Source: Licmophora abbreviata | Lineage: Eukaryota | Assembly: GCA_900291995.1 (NCBI GenBank) | Contig: OLMU01000444.1 | Location: 1 to 33,647, forward strand | Direction: 5' to 3' | Length of the DNA: 33,647 nt | In this document: positions 1-10,500 of the stretch, one piece after another | Position numbering within the stretch: position 1 is the stretch's first letter | Layout of the letters: each line of letters starts with the position of its first letter | Program-made: the position numbers and the translations under genes | Notes under the pieces: model-generated | Told to the model about the DNA's origin: nothing | The model's database searches: none | Seen by the model: only the letters and a program-made list of their open reading frames with translations

Positions 1-56
1 GTCGAAATACCATGAATGGTAAAAACGGAGCAAGCTTCTCGATCTCTTAGACGTAC

Positions 57-1468
57 CTTACGTAACAGCCCATTACCGTTCTAGGGAAGGCATTGCTTGC
101 TTCAAAACTGTGCCGTGCGTGCAAACAGCGCTATAGCGAGAGCGAGGGTTAGGTTGAAAATTCACTCGTTTGTGTCGTACAACTTGGAACACGACGACAG
201 TCGAGTTAGCATCATACCTGATTTGCAACTACAAGCGTATCTCCCGATTTTAGAGAGAGAACAAGGCGAAATTCGTCCATATTCAGCACTTCATCCCACT
301 TTCGATGCGCGCTCGTTAGCTTATCGTAAAAGTCCGCGGTTTCTTCCTCTGACAAGCCTGTTGCTGGGGGGAGATCGGGAAGTCGGTCGAGGTCGTTGTG
401 TCGAATAACAACTACAGAGCCGTTCCTTTCTGATATCACAGGACCCGTCGCCTTCAAGTGCCACCCCGTAGACGTATCGATGCACCGATAGGTACGTGGC
501 ACACTTGCCAGCACCTCAAAGCTCAGCGGGTCAACCGATCTCAAGTGTTCGGCCATCGCAAAACCGTCCGCAATTATACTTTCGCCACCACTTGTCGCGG
601 GTTGCGCCATGGTGAAGATCTGCAATCCAGGCGGATCACGTTGGTACGTCATATCCGTATGGAGCGGCAATGCGTCGTTTGTATACGCCGAGTCAGCTAC
701 GCTGGCGCCGTGAGCCTGCCCTGAAGCGGTGGTAGACCAGAGGGATCCATACAGGGTTCGAAGCGGACCATCGGTTCCATCCGGAAGTACAAGGTCGATT
801 CCGCCTGACATGTAGTTTACCAGTAGAGACGATGAGGCGTTTTCCTTGAGGGATCCACCAGAAAGTGCTGACGCGAGCGCTGCGATTCCTTCGCCGTTGT
901 CATCAATGATGGTATCTGTAACGAGTACAAAGCCGTACTTGTACAAGGCTTTCAGCGCGGTCGACGTACCCGATGGCTCTAAAGCCTGGCGGAACGGTAT
1001 GCGTAGTGATGGTGAGCTCCGTACCATGGGCTCGTCCATTTTCGTCCAGAGTACTCGTTCGACCGATCCATCGCCCCGCGTTCCACCGGTCCAACGATTC
1101 AGGACATCCTTTAACCAGCTTTCAGAGTATTCGGACTGGACTCCATCGCCCCACGCAACGCGATAGGTCGTCCCTCCCTCCAAGACGCAGCTCTGAATAG
1201 TGAGGTTCTTGGATTCTACGGAAGGGAGGACTTTTCCAGTCTTTGTATCAATAGCAACGTCTTTTCTTTGCAGTGTATGTGTGTCGTAGTTGTTCGGGTC
1301 CGCAGCACGGAGAAACGACGCGGGGAGAAGTCGGATCGGGTCAGATTCGGAGGTAACGGTTCTCAGGGGGTGAAGTCTTGTTCTCACGCAAATGCTTGTG
1401 TCTCCTGTCACCATCCCACGGCGAAATGATCTGCCAAGTCTACTGAAAGCAATATGTACATGCTGCAT
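57..1468 (-). CDS. TauD/TfdA-family Fe(II)/2-oxoglutarate dioxygenase (gamma-butyrobetaine / trimethyllysine dioxygenase-like), 3' end probably outside the window
   Basis: Motifs AYTNDALPLHTDMTY..PPGLQ and SGGESIIADGF. Intron 131-217 (GTATGA..TAG) joins VVANQ to RCLHARHSF...RTVMGCYV, supplying the third Fe ligand His and the 2OG-binding Arg. A further donor GTACGT at 56 suggests the last exon lies off-window. The Arg/Ser-rich N-terminus from ATG 1468 resembles a mitochondrial presequence. Confidence 0.85.
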
Positions 1469-2155
1469 CTTTCCACGGCAAGAAGGCAGTACGACGATCA
1501 TCTTGGTGCTTTGCTACTGATTTTCCCTTGCCAAACAGATTTACACTACTTGAGCGCAGTGTAGTTTCATGCGAGCTATGCGACGATACAAACCATCATC
1601 GTCAGGATATCCATATAGCAGTTCTGTATCAGCATCAGGCCGCATCACAGCATGTGCATGATGATGAATGAATCTCGTCGGTGCCGCTCCGGCGGCGTCG
1701 TTCATGCCATCGGCGCGGCGCGCACATCACACATCAGCGAGCGCATACGAGCTCGTAGACTATAAGCGATGAGCTGATGTCTACGACAGGATGGGACGCG
1801 CTATATACCGCGATCCCACGGTTCTACTTATGTTCCCCATCTCTCTCACGTTCCGCATATCGTTCCCATGAAGCTGTGGAGTAGTGCTACAAGCCACAAA
1901 CAAAGAGACTTCTGCCCCCTATAAGGGACATCTCGGTCAACGGCAGGACGGGTGAAGCAAATGATCCATCGTTTACTAGGACTAGCACCCATAGGCTTGG
2001 CTTAAAGTTAATTACAATCACCAAGGTCCAGCATAGCCAGAGATTAGAGGGCTGAGCATCGGTCTGAAGTTGTCACTCAGTAAACGCCGATGCGAGTCAG
2101 AATTACCGCTAATCACCAAACAAACACTTTATAGATGCCTCGTACACCAGAAAGA

Positions 2156-2800
2156 TTAGACCCCCGCGTTGAAGTCCAGCGGGTGTCCAGCGAGGGCATT
2201 GATCATATAGGGATCGTGGGATGGAAGCATCTCGTGGACCATGAGACCGAGGATTCCCATCTGAGCAGCACGGCCATTGTTCAACTCGATCGCAAGTTTG
2301 CGCTCCTTCTCTTCCGGGGAGAATGTGTCCCAGCCGAGATCGAACGCGCCATTGCGAAAGTCACCAACAGTCTCCCCCTCTCCAGTTATGTCCTTCATGA
2401 CACCGAGTTCCAGGAAGCCAACAAACAAGAACATCTGGAGCAGACCTGCGGGAGGCACCTTCAAGATACCTTCAATACCTGACGGGATCGATTCGAACGC
2501 AGTGCCGTGATAGTCGATGTCTCCTGGAAGTCGAACACCCGCAGATGTCACAATGTGTCCAAGAACTCCAAGCATAGCAACTCTACCATGTTTGAGCTCT
2601 ACGTAACGCAGTCGATTGAATCGAGACTCATCGGCGTCTTTTAGGAGTCCGAGCGGGTCGAAGAATCCAAGCGGAGGCTGTGCACCAATCTCGTTTTCGA
2701 ACGACATGCTCGTCGTTACTCGTGAGATTTGAGCATCCTTTGCCGGAGCAAAGGCAGCAGTAACTCCAACGAGGAGAGAGGCGGCGGCGAACAGCTTCAT
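2156..2800 (-). CDS. Lhcf: Fucoxanthin-chlorophyll a/c-binding protein (Lhcf type), 214 aa
   Basis: Start MKLFAAASLLVGVTAA|FAP at 2800 (the ORF track overextends to 3037). Contains GAQPPLGFFDPLG, RLRYVELKHGRVAML and ELNNGRAAQMG. No introns. Confidence 0.97.
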   Translation of the reverse strand: MKLFAAASLLVGVTAAFAPAKDAQISRVTTSMSFENEIGAQPPLGFFDPLGLLKDADESRFNRLRYVELKHGRVAMLGVLGHIVTSAGVRLPGDIDYHGTAFESIPSGIEGILKVPPAGLLQMFLFVGFLELGVMKDITGEGETVGDFRNGAFDLGWDTFSPEEKERKLAIELNNGRAAQMGILGLMVHEMLPSHDPYMINALAGHPLDFNAGV

Positions 2801-3074
2801 CGTTGACCACAGCGTTGACACATGTAGGACGCGATCTTTTGTGCTTTTTAGACCTTGTCTACGTGCGACTTTACAACTTTCCCAGTATCTTATTCCGTGA
2901 CAAAAGGAAACTCGCGGTCTATCATTCCGTATCTTCTGTGAAGAGCTCGAATATAGTTGAAGGCAAAGATCGCGAGGTAGCGTTCTCTCTGGTACATATT
3001 CTACGAGACCTCCTTTCCGTGCCCGCTTTGTATACACGCACTTCTCACTATTTCGAGACTAAACGAGATCCACC
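2801..3074. promoter_or_regulatory. Bidirectional promoter region between divergent FCP genes
   Basis: 274 bp between two head-to-head ATGs. Contains the inverted pair CGCGATCTTT (2830-2839) / AAAGATCGCG (2965-2974). Confidence 0.7.
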
Positions 3075-3650
3075 ATGAAGCTCGCCGTTGTTGCCTCCCT
3101 TATCGCCGGCGCTGCCGCATTCGCCCCTGCCAAGCAAGGCCGAGTGTCCACAGCTGTAGGTATGAGCTTCGAGAATGAAATCGGAGTCCTCCCTCCGACC
3201 GGATACTTCGATCCCTTGGGCCTGTCCAAGGGTAAGGACCAGGCCACGTTTGACAAGTACCGAGCGGCGGAGCTCAAGCACGGTCGTGTCGCACAGCTCG
3301 CTGTCTCCGGATATGTCGCTGCCGAGATCTGGCGCTGGCCAGGAGAGGTCGCGTTTGGTCTTCCTTTCAAAGATGTTCCGAACGGAATCGCAGCCTTGAC
3401 CGCCATTCCTGCTGCTGGTTGGCTACAGATTTTCGCCCTGATTGGCGTCGTCGAGACCAAGGGCTACCTCGGAGACTTCGAAGCTGGAAAGATCCCCCTG
3501 GATGCCGAAGAGTCGGTGAAGCGTCAGACCCAAGAGCTGCAGCATGGACGCCTTGCCATGCTTGCCATCGCTGAGCTCGTCCGTCATGACACGGCTGGAG
3601 GTGCCGACGGTCTTGACAATCTTATCACTGGGCTTCCTTTCCTGTACTAA
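3075..3650 (+). CDS. Fucoxanthin-chlorophyll a/c-binding protein, divergent clade, 191 aa
   Basis: Leader MKLAVVASLIAGAAA|FAP, then GYFDPLGL, AELKHGRVAQLA and QELQHGRLAMLA. Clearly an LHC, but the mature part differs from the three neighbours, so no subfamily number is assigned. Confidence 0.95.
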   Translation: MKLAVVASLIAGAAAFAPAKQGRVSTAVGMSFENEIGVLPPTGYFDPLGLSKGKDQATFDKYRAAELKHGRVAQLAVSGYVAAEIWRWPGEVAFGLPFKDVPNGIAALTAIPAAGWLQIFALIGVVETKGYLGDFEAGKIPLDAEESVKRQTQELQHGRLAMLAIAELVRHDTAGGADGLDNLITGLPFLY

Positions 3651-4100
3651 GATCCTGGCTTCCTGCTAAGCTTTTGTGGTGGGTCCGGATGCATTTGGCT
3701 CGACACTTATTAGTATCTTATACTTGATACTACTTTACTAGCTGGTGAAGTTGTACTAAACGCTTTTGCGAGCTATCTGTGTACGAAGTATGTTTTTTAA
3801 ATAGCACTGTAGTCTAGGGATCTCCGAGTCTATTTGGGTTTAGGCGAGTACCGGTAGCTTGCGTAGGGGTGACAAGTTGTTTGCTAGGGACCGAGGTGCA
3901 TATTCGGTATATATATTAGTGTTTTGATGAAAGGGTCGCGCTCTAGTCTTCGTAGCAGCGCTACTGCTATTATCGCCCTCCTACACGAGGTCAAGTCTAC
4001 GGCGGTATATGATGTGCGGTCCTAAGATTCTTCTATAGAGTTAAACGAAAACTAGAACCAGATCGTCCCGATTCTGTACAGTAGCAAAGGGCGGGATGAC

Positions 4101-4694
4101 TTACTGTCCAGGGATAAGAGAGACTCCCAACTGCTCGTGGACCATCAGGGCGAGGATTCCCATCTGAGCGGCGCGGCCCTGGTTCAACTCGATAGCACGC
4201 TTCTGTAGCTTGGTCTCCTCGTCGAGCGAGTCCCAGCCGAAGTCGATGAAGTCGTTACGGAAGTCACCGACAAAGTCACCTCCGGTGATGTCCTTCATGA
4301 CGAAGAGCTCCAAGAAGCCGATGAAGGCGATCATCTGGCCAAGTCCGGCGGAGGGGATGGCGACAAGGGCGGCGAAGCCGTTGGGGATGGACTCGAAGGA
4401 GGTTCCAGAGTAGTCAATGTCTCCCGGAAGGCGGATTCCGTTTTCCTGGACAAGGTATCCAGCGACGGCAAGCATACAGATACGGCCGTGCTTGATCTCG
4501 ACGAATCGCAGACGGTCGAACTTCTCCTGGTCACCATCGGCGACAAGTCCGAGGGGGTCGAAGAATCCAAGCGGAGGCTGGGCGCCAAGCTCGCTCTCGA
4601 AGCTCATCTGCAACGAGGAGGAACTGACGGTGCTCTTGGAGGGAGCGAAGGCGGCGGCGCCGGCAACGAGGGAGGCAGCAATGGCGAGCTTCAT
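4101..4694 (-). CDS. Lhcf: Fucoxanthin-chlorophyll a/c-binding protein (canonical Lhcf), 197 aa
   Basis: AAA|FAP leader, then ELGAQPPLGFFDPLG, FDRLRFVEIKHGRICMLA and ELNQGRAAQMGILALMVHE. Confidence 0.98.
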   Translation of the reverse strand: MKLAIAASLVAGAAAFAPSKSTVSSSSLQMSFESELGAQPPLGFFDPLGLVADGDQEKFDRLRFVEIKHGRICMLAVAGYLVQENGIRLPGDIDYSGTSFESIPNGFAALVAIPSAGLGQMIAFIGFLELFVMKDITGGDFVGDFRNDFIDFGWDSLDEETKLQKRAIELNQGRAAQMGILALMVHEQLGVSLIPGQ

Positions 4695-5041
4695 GGTGGA
4701 TCTTCTTGCAACAACGTTAGAATTGGATTTGTGCGCAAGAGGAGAAGGGATGAAGAAGAACCTGCCGACCTTCGGGAGTAATGTAGAAACAATACCATGT
4801 CCACGTAGCGCTAGTAGGCATTCGTCACTGCGGGCAGATGGAAAAACTCAAGAAAGGATTCGAAAAGATACCCTGTAGATTTGTACCACAGGCTACGCAT
4901 TCGCTTCAACCTGAGGGTCGAATCGGTATCTTTTCAGTACTGAAAGGGGCACGTGCAGCTCTACGACTACGATCTTTCGCGGGCTTTCTATGGTCAGGGT
5001 TCCCACACTTCGTTGCCGTCGTTTGAACAAGAAACCCCAAG
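4695..5041. promoter_or_regulatory. Bidirectional promoter region between the second divergent FCP pair
   Basis: 347 bp between head-to-head ATGs. Contains the 11-bp inverted pair GAAAAGATACC (4862-4872) / GGTATCTTTTC (4925-4935) and a CACGTG G-box-like site near 4950. Confidence 0.7.
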
Positions 5042-5647
5042 ATGAAGCTCGCTATCACTGCCTCTCTCATTGCCGGCGCCGCCGCCTTTGCTCCTTCCAC
5101 GAGCAACAGCCGTGCCTCCACTTCGCTAGATGCAATCAAATCGATCGAGACCGCTCTCGGTGCCCAGCCCCCTCTCGGGTTTTTCGACCCCCTCAACTTG
5201 ATGGAAGAGGCTGACCAAGACAGGTTCGACCGTCTTCGTTATGTTGAGCTCAAGCACGGACGAATCTGCATGCTTGCTGTCGTCGGATACTTGGTCAACG
5301 CCGCTGGAATCTACCTTCCTGGAAACATTGACTACTCCGGAACCAAGTTCTCCGACCTTGGCTACGGCTGGGACGCTAGCTTCGCTGTTCCTGTCGCCGG
5401 TGCCCTCCAGATTGTTGCCTTCGTTGGCTTCTTGGAGCTTGCCGTCATGAAGGATGTCACTGGCGGAGAATTCGCTGGAGACTTCCGCAATGGATACATC
5501 GACTTTGGCTGGGACACCTTTGATGCCGAGACTAAGCTGCAGAAGCGTGCCATCGAGCTCAACCAGGGCCGTGCCGCCCAGATGGGAATCCTCGGCCTTA
5601 TGGTTCACGATGTGATTGGAAACGTTGATAAGCTCATCCCTGTCTAA
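5042..5647 (+). CDS. Lhcf: Fucoxanthin-chlorophyll a/c-binding protein (Lhcf), 201 aa
   Basis: AAA|FAP leader, then LGAQPPLGFFDPL, FDRLRYVELKHGRICMLA and ELNQGRAAQMG. Confidence 0.98.
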   Translation: MKLAITASLIAGAAAFAPSTSNSRASTSLDAIKSIETALGAQPPLGFFDPLNLMEEADQDRFDRLRYVELKHGRICMLAVVGYLVNAAGIYLPGNIDYSGTKFSDLGYGWDASFAVPVAGALQIVAFVGFLELAVMKDVTGGEFAGDFRNGYIDFGWDTFDAETKLQKRAIELNQGRAAQMGILGLMVHDVIGNVDKLIPV

Positions 5648-6197
5648 CTAGGTGCTTTGCAAGTACGCACAAATTACTTCTAAATTTAGCTAGTGGTGCG
5701 ACAGATGACAGATCGATAGGCTAGTAGTAGCTAGGCCAATGTTTCTTGTTGGTGATTGTTGTACGATACATAGACTTTTTGTTGAGTTTGGTTGAAGCTA
5801 TTAATCCTATCCCTAGGGTGATACAATATGCCACTTCCATATTGTACATCATGTGAAGGCATCGGCTTCTAGTTTGCGATGGGATCGTCAAGTCGACCGC
5901 TGAGAATTCGTTGTCCGTCATGTCTGACTGCGTTTGTGTTACTGCGGGTGAAAGAAGAAAGATGTGTAGAGTCCGTCTTCCGAAAAAGATTCTCAGAATG
6001 TCTGTGTCAATCAGTCATCCGCCAACCATGACTGACGTACGCGAGCTCCCGTAGAATCTCGCGTTGAAAGATGGTACGCACATGTGGCACTCGATGACGA
6101 AACCTGCTTCTGCCTTGTTCGAAATGAAAAAATTGTTCACATTGCCGTTGTTGGATCAGACGTCAAACAAGTCATTGAGAGTCAAGAAACATTCAAC

Positions 6198-7361
6198 ATG
6201 GCTGATCAGTTCGATGCGGTACGTACTTGTGTAGTCAGAAGTGTAAAGAAATCGGATATGCTGGATCAACTCGATTGCAAATTTGGCGCGCACTCGTAGA
6301 CTAGTCGGAATCCGCTGTTCTCACCTGAACTTTGTACGTGAATCGGACTGCAGGACGCCACCACTCTCAATAGGTTTGTGATGGCAAGTACTCATGACCA
6401 CGACCTTGTGATCTTGATGAATGCGCTTGCCACGAGCTGCAAGCTCATCACGTCGGCGGTGAAGCGCGCTGGTGTGGCCTCGCTCTATGGCTTGGCCGGT
6501 GAAGTCAACAGCACCGGTGACGACCAAAAGAAGCTCGATGTTCTGTCCAACGACATGATGATTAACGCATTGATTCACTCTGGTGTGTGCTCTGTTCTTG
6601 TGTCCGAAGAAAACGAGGAGCCCATTACGGTGCCTCCTGGCAGGCAGGGAAAGTTCTGCGTCGCGTTCGACCCCCTCGATGGATCAAGCAACATTGATTG
6701 CAACGTTAGCGTTGGAACTATCTTTGCTGTATATGAAAAGAAACCTGGCAGCAGCGGGACTGTCGACGATCTGCTTCGCTCGGGAGCCGATTGCATCTGT
6801 GCCGGCTACGTCGCGTACAGTTCGGCTGTGGAGATGGTGTTCACCTTCCGAGGTGGCGACGTGCATGGCTTCTGCCTTGATCCGACCATTGGCGAGTTTG
6901 TTCATACACGCCCAAAAATGGTGTTCCCTCCGGATGGCGGAAAGCGAATTTATTCTGCAAACGAAGGAAATTCCATGCACTGGGATCAGCCAATCCAGGA
7001 TGCAATCGCTGTGTTCAAGAGTGGCGAGTCTAAGCCTTATGCGGCGCGCTATGTTGGATCGATGGTTGCCGACATTCACCGTACAATCCTCTACGGAGGC
7101 ATTTATTTGTATCCGGCGGATGCCAAGTCGCCCAAAGGAAAACTCCGTTTGCTCTACGAAGGTATTCCCATGGCAATGATTATCGAACAAGCTGGCGGTA
7201 TCGCATCAACCGGTATGTTCCAAGGCAAGATCCAGCGTGTGTTAGATCTTGTTCCTACCGAGATCCATGCCAAGTGCCCTATCATCATGGGAGGTAAGCG
7301 CGATATTCAGATTGTCTATGAGCAGTACGCCAAGGCAGGAATCACTCCTCCGGAGCTCTGA
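6198..7361 (+). CDS. FBP: Fructose-1,6-bisphosphatase class I, cytosolic type, about 342 aa
   Basis: Motifs NSTGDDQKKLDV, SEENE, FDPLDGSSNID, RYVGSMVADIHRT and GKLRLLYE. Exon 1 (6198-6218, MADQFDA) is spliced via intron 6219-6353 (GTACGT..CAG) in frame to DATTLNRFV. No signal or transit peptide. Confidence 0.95.
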
Positions 7362-7533
7362 TAAGCTACTTCTGTGATAAATCTCATCACGATCCATATC
7401 AGCCATACGCAACCTCGGTGTTGGTTTAGCATGAGCATTTTCGAAATTGATTGTACAATAGCTAGCTACTGTTGTACAGCGTGTCTTTCATACGTAGATT
7501 TACTGGCGTTGATATTGCGCTACTGAAACCATA

Positions 7534-10500
7534 CTATTTGTCAACTGAGACGCTACCTTCGAACATTCTTCCCCAGATGTTGCCTGTGCTCGGCGTCGCT
7601 TCGTCGCCCGCTACAGCCGAAGCTAACGCAGCCCTGCGCTGCCTCGCACTATTAACTCGCAGCAGTGACCCCGAGAGTTCTGTTCTGATACCAGTCTGAG
7701 CGCCTCGTCGAGTCAGGGTGTGCAGGGCAGATATGGACTCTCCAGTAGTGGCGAAGTGTTCCGCCCACAGTGCTAACGTCCGCAAAGCATCCCTGGGTGC
7801 TGCTTGTCTTGCGATTAGGCCAATAAAGAAACGTTCCTTCTGATTGTCCACTTTGCTGCACAAATGTAGGAGGGCGCGCAGCTCCGCGGAGACGACAATC
7901 GACTGGCGGCACGATGGAGATTTGCTTGATGCTATTTTCTCGTAGAGATGGAACACGACGTTCAATCTCTGCTCGTCCATGTCTTGGCTCTTAGAGCGGT
8001 CTTCATCTAAGCCCAGCGCGTCCGTTGCGATTACTCTTAGAGAGTCTCGAACGTCAACAAATAACTGTTCATTTGACAGTAGAGCAGAATCGGAAAGAAT
8101 CGCTTCCACTTCGAATACAACGAAGAACAACTGTGAGAGTTTTCAGCAAGTGCAGTACACTGTACGAGGGCGAACGATGAACGGCTTACCAAGCTCCAAT
8201 GCTAGCCCGCGCTCATTGCCCTGAATGCTAAGCTTAAGCAAGGCTGGTAAGTCGCGAGAGTAGAGTCCCCCCGAATGCGACGACGCAACGAGCATGAAGT
8301 TGTGTTTGCGGTCGGTTATCGAGTCACCACCAGTTACAGCAAGTGCTGCTTTGGTCGAGAGTTCGCACCATTCCTAAGAAGGCATTCGAAGGGGGAGGGT
8401 GAGCCAACAGGCACTGCGCTGGCAAAGAGGAATGTACTAATCTTTCTCGCCACTCACCTGCACCAGATTGCAATCCTTCCGCGCAGCATGGTTACCTTCC
8501 GCGGGATGCAGCAGCAATGAGAGATACTTGTAGTAGAGACTATCGAATTCTTCATTGTCTCCGTCGGCGAGCGACGTTCTAGATGCCGGTATACATGCTT
8601 CTCGCACCTGCCAAGGCCGTAAGTCAGGATATGCCGACGCGCATAGAACGATGAGGTCGCGCCGTCGGCTCGGAATGTTCTCAATCCTGATTCCTTTTAG
8701 CTTTTCGAGAATGGCAGAAAGCAGGGTCTACGAGGGGCAGAGAGTAAGTGGACAGGGTAAACGACAAAGCATCCGCTGCTGCCAACGGAAAGACGACACT
8801 ACACTCACACGATCGTATAGAACTAAGGCCCCAGGTCTTGATATTTCTTTCAACGCGTCTTTGTGGGTCCAATCGTACCGGGCGAGTGACACCAAGCTAT
8901 CGATTACGGACCTGGCCCGCACGACGTCTGCGAACACCAAACAGTCATGGAGCTTTAAATACGCCCCATACCGTTCAATGAACTTGACCAGAGCTTTTTC
9001 ATTTGAAGTCTTGTTTTCCGAAGTACCCGACAGGCTGGGCAACAGCTCACGTGTGAAATAAAACGTGACCAAGTAGCATCTGGTTACACAGAAAAGGATG
9101 GCAGTACAGAGTTGGTCAGCGACACGCCATGATCCAAGGGCGACACATTGGGCAGGGCACTTACGTTTCATTTCGGGATTCAACATCCAGCTCCTTCTCT
9201 TCGATCTTCTCTTCTAGGGACTTCTTCCGTGGATTCGAGTTGTGAGGCATGTCGCCGAAGCTCCCACTTTCCAGGGTCGTTAAGCCATCGTCCGAATGAA
9301 AGTGAGAGCCTCCAGAATTTGTAGAAGAATGACCTCTTGGCCACAGCAACCGTCTCTGGTCCCATGGAAGCGGACGAAATGACTTGAGCCAAGCTGGTAG
9401 CGCCTGCTCCACCACGAAAGACGCAGCGAGCAAGGAATCGTCATCGTGGACAATTCGTCTTGTCTGGTGAAACGGGACCAAATTAGTCCGAGCTTCTGAC
9501 TGTGTGCCGTGCAATAGATTGATCTCCTCTGGGGTATCCAATAGACGGGCTATCAGATCATAGAGAACTGACGTTACTTCCATTTCCGGCAATGCGTGAT
9601 GCGTTCTCTTTGTACTCAGCATTTTGGAAACTTGCGCCCCCAGAAGCATCTTTCCTAGCGAGAACGCGGCATCTACGTTGCCATTACCAGAATTCTTTGC
9701 GCTGACATGTTTCTCCGTATCGCCATCGCTTTCAAGGATGTCATTGGCAGATTTGGCGAGCGTCTCCATGAGCTCCTTTCTCCATATTTCGTCGCGTGCA
9801 GCAAAATGCAGTAGCAACTCATCGTCGCGCGCTTCGTCGTGGATACCCGATTCGTTTGAACCTTCACTCATAGCATCGGATGGAGCCCTCGACTCGGACA
9901 ATGAATTTACTGTAGAACCATAACGTCGGCGACTACTAGACCAACTCAACGTCGAGCTGAATCTTCCAAGCGAGGTCTTGCCTTTGCCGAGGTCCAAACC
10001 TTCGACGTTGTAGAAGACAACCCTGGCTCCTCGCATGGCCTCTTCTCCGCGTTCAATCATCTGCGATCGCGTCAGTGGAATATAATCAATCTCTTCGTCA
10101 TCGTCGAACCATTGGGCTAGGGTCTTGGCTCGAAGAAGCTCCGGCTGAAGTTCGTTCCACACGAAGAATTCGCTCGTGTACTTTTGTCGGTCAAAATGGA
10201 GCTGGTCCGCCACCACCTCCGAAATTTCGAGATATGGATCCAAGACGACCTTTGGTCTATCCGCGGTAGTCGGTATTGATATGGCGGTCCTCGCCTCTGT
10301 AAGATTGGCCTTGACAGGGGTCGCCAAATGCACCGTGTGTTCGTGAAACAGAGGCTGGCCACTGAGTTGGTCCACCATCGGAAGGAACTGTGATAGTGGA
10401 GAGAAAATATCGCCGGCTGCCTCCAATTCTGGATCCTTAGCATCGCTGTTTTTGATAGGCCCCTCGCTTTTCTGAAGCAACTTCAAACCCTCCCCCATGG

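Noticed and set aside
57..1468. Idea that the TMLH-like dioxygenase makes the hydroxylated trimethyllysine of silaffins
   Set aside because: The N-terminus looks mitochondrial rather than secretory, and this family hydroxylates free substrates at C3, not protein-bound lysine at C5.
1620..1800. GC-rich intergenic stretch with a short hairpin (TCGTAGAC...GTCTACGA), possible ncRNA or MITE
   Set aside because: The stem is only 8 bp, with no tRNA, snRNA or snoRNA hallmarks, terminal inverted repeats or target-site duplication.
2801..3037. 79-aa N-terminal extension of the first FCP ORF
   Set aside because: The canonical signal peptide starts at 2800, and the extension runs through the shared promoter of the divergent gene.
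2135..5608. Many antisense and alternate-frame ORFs over the FCP genes (e.g. 3059-3460, 4417-4878, 5126-5608)
   Set aside because: They are shadows of strongly biased codon usage in highly expressed genes and show no protein-like motifs.
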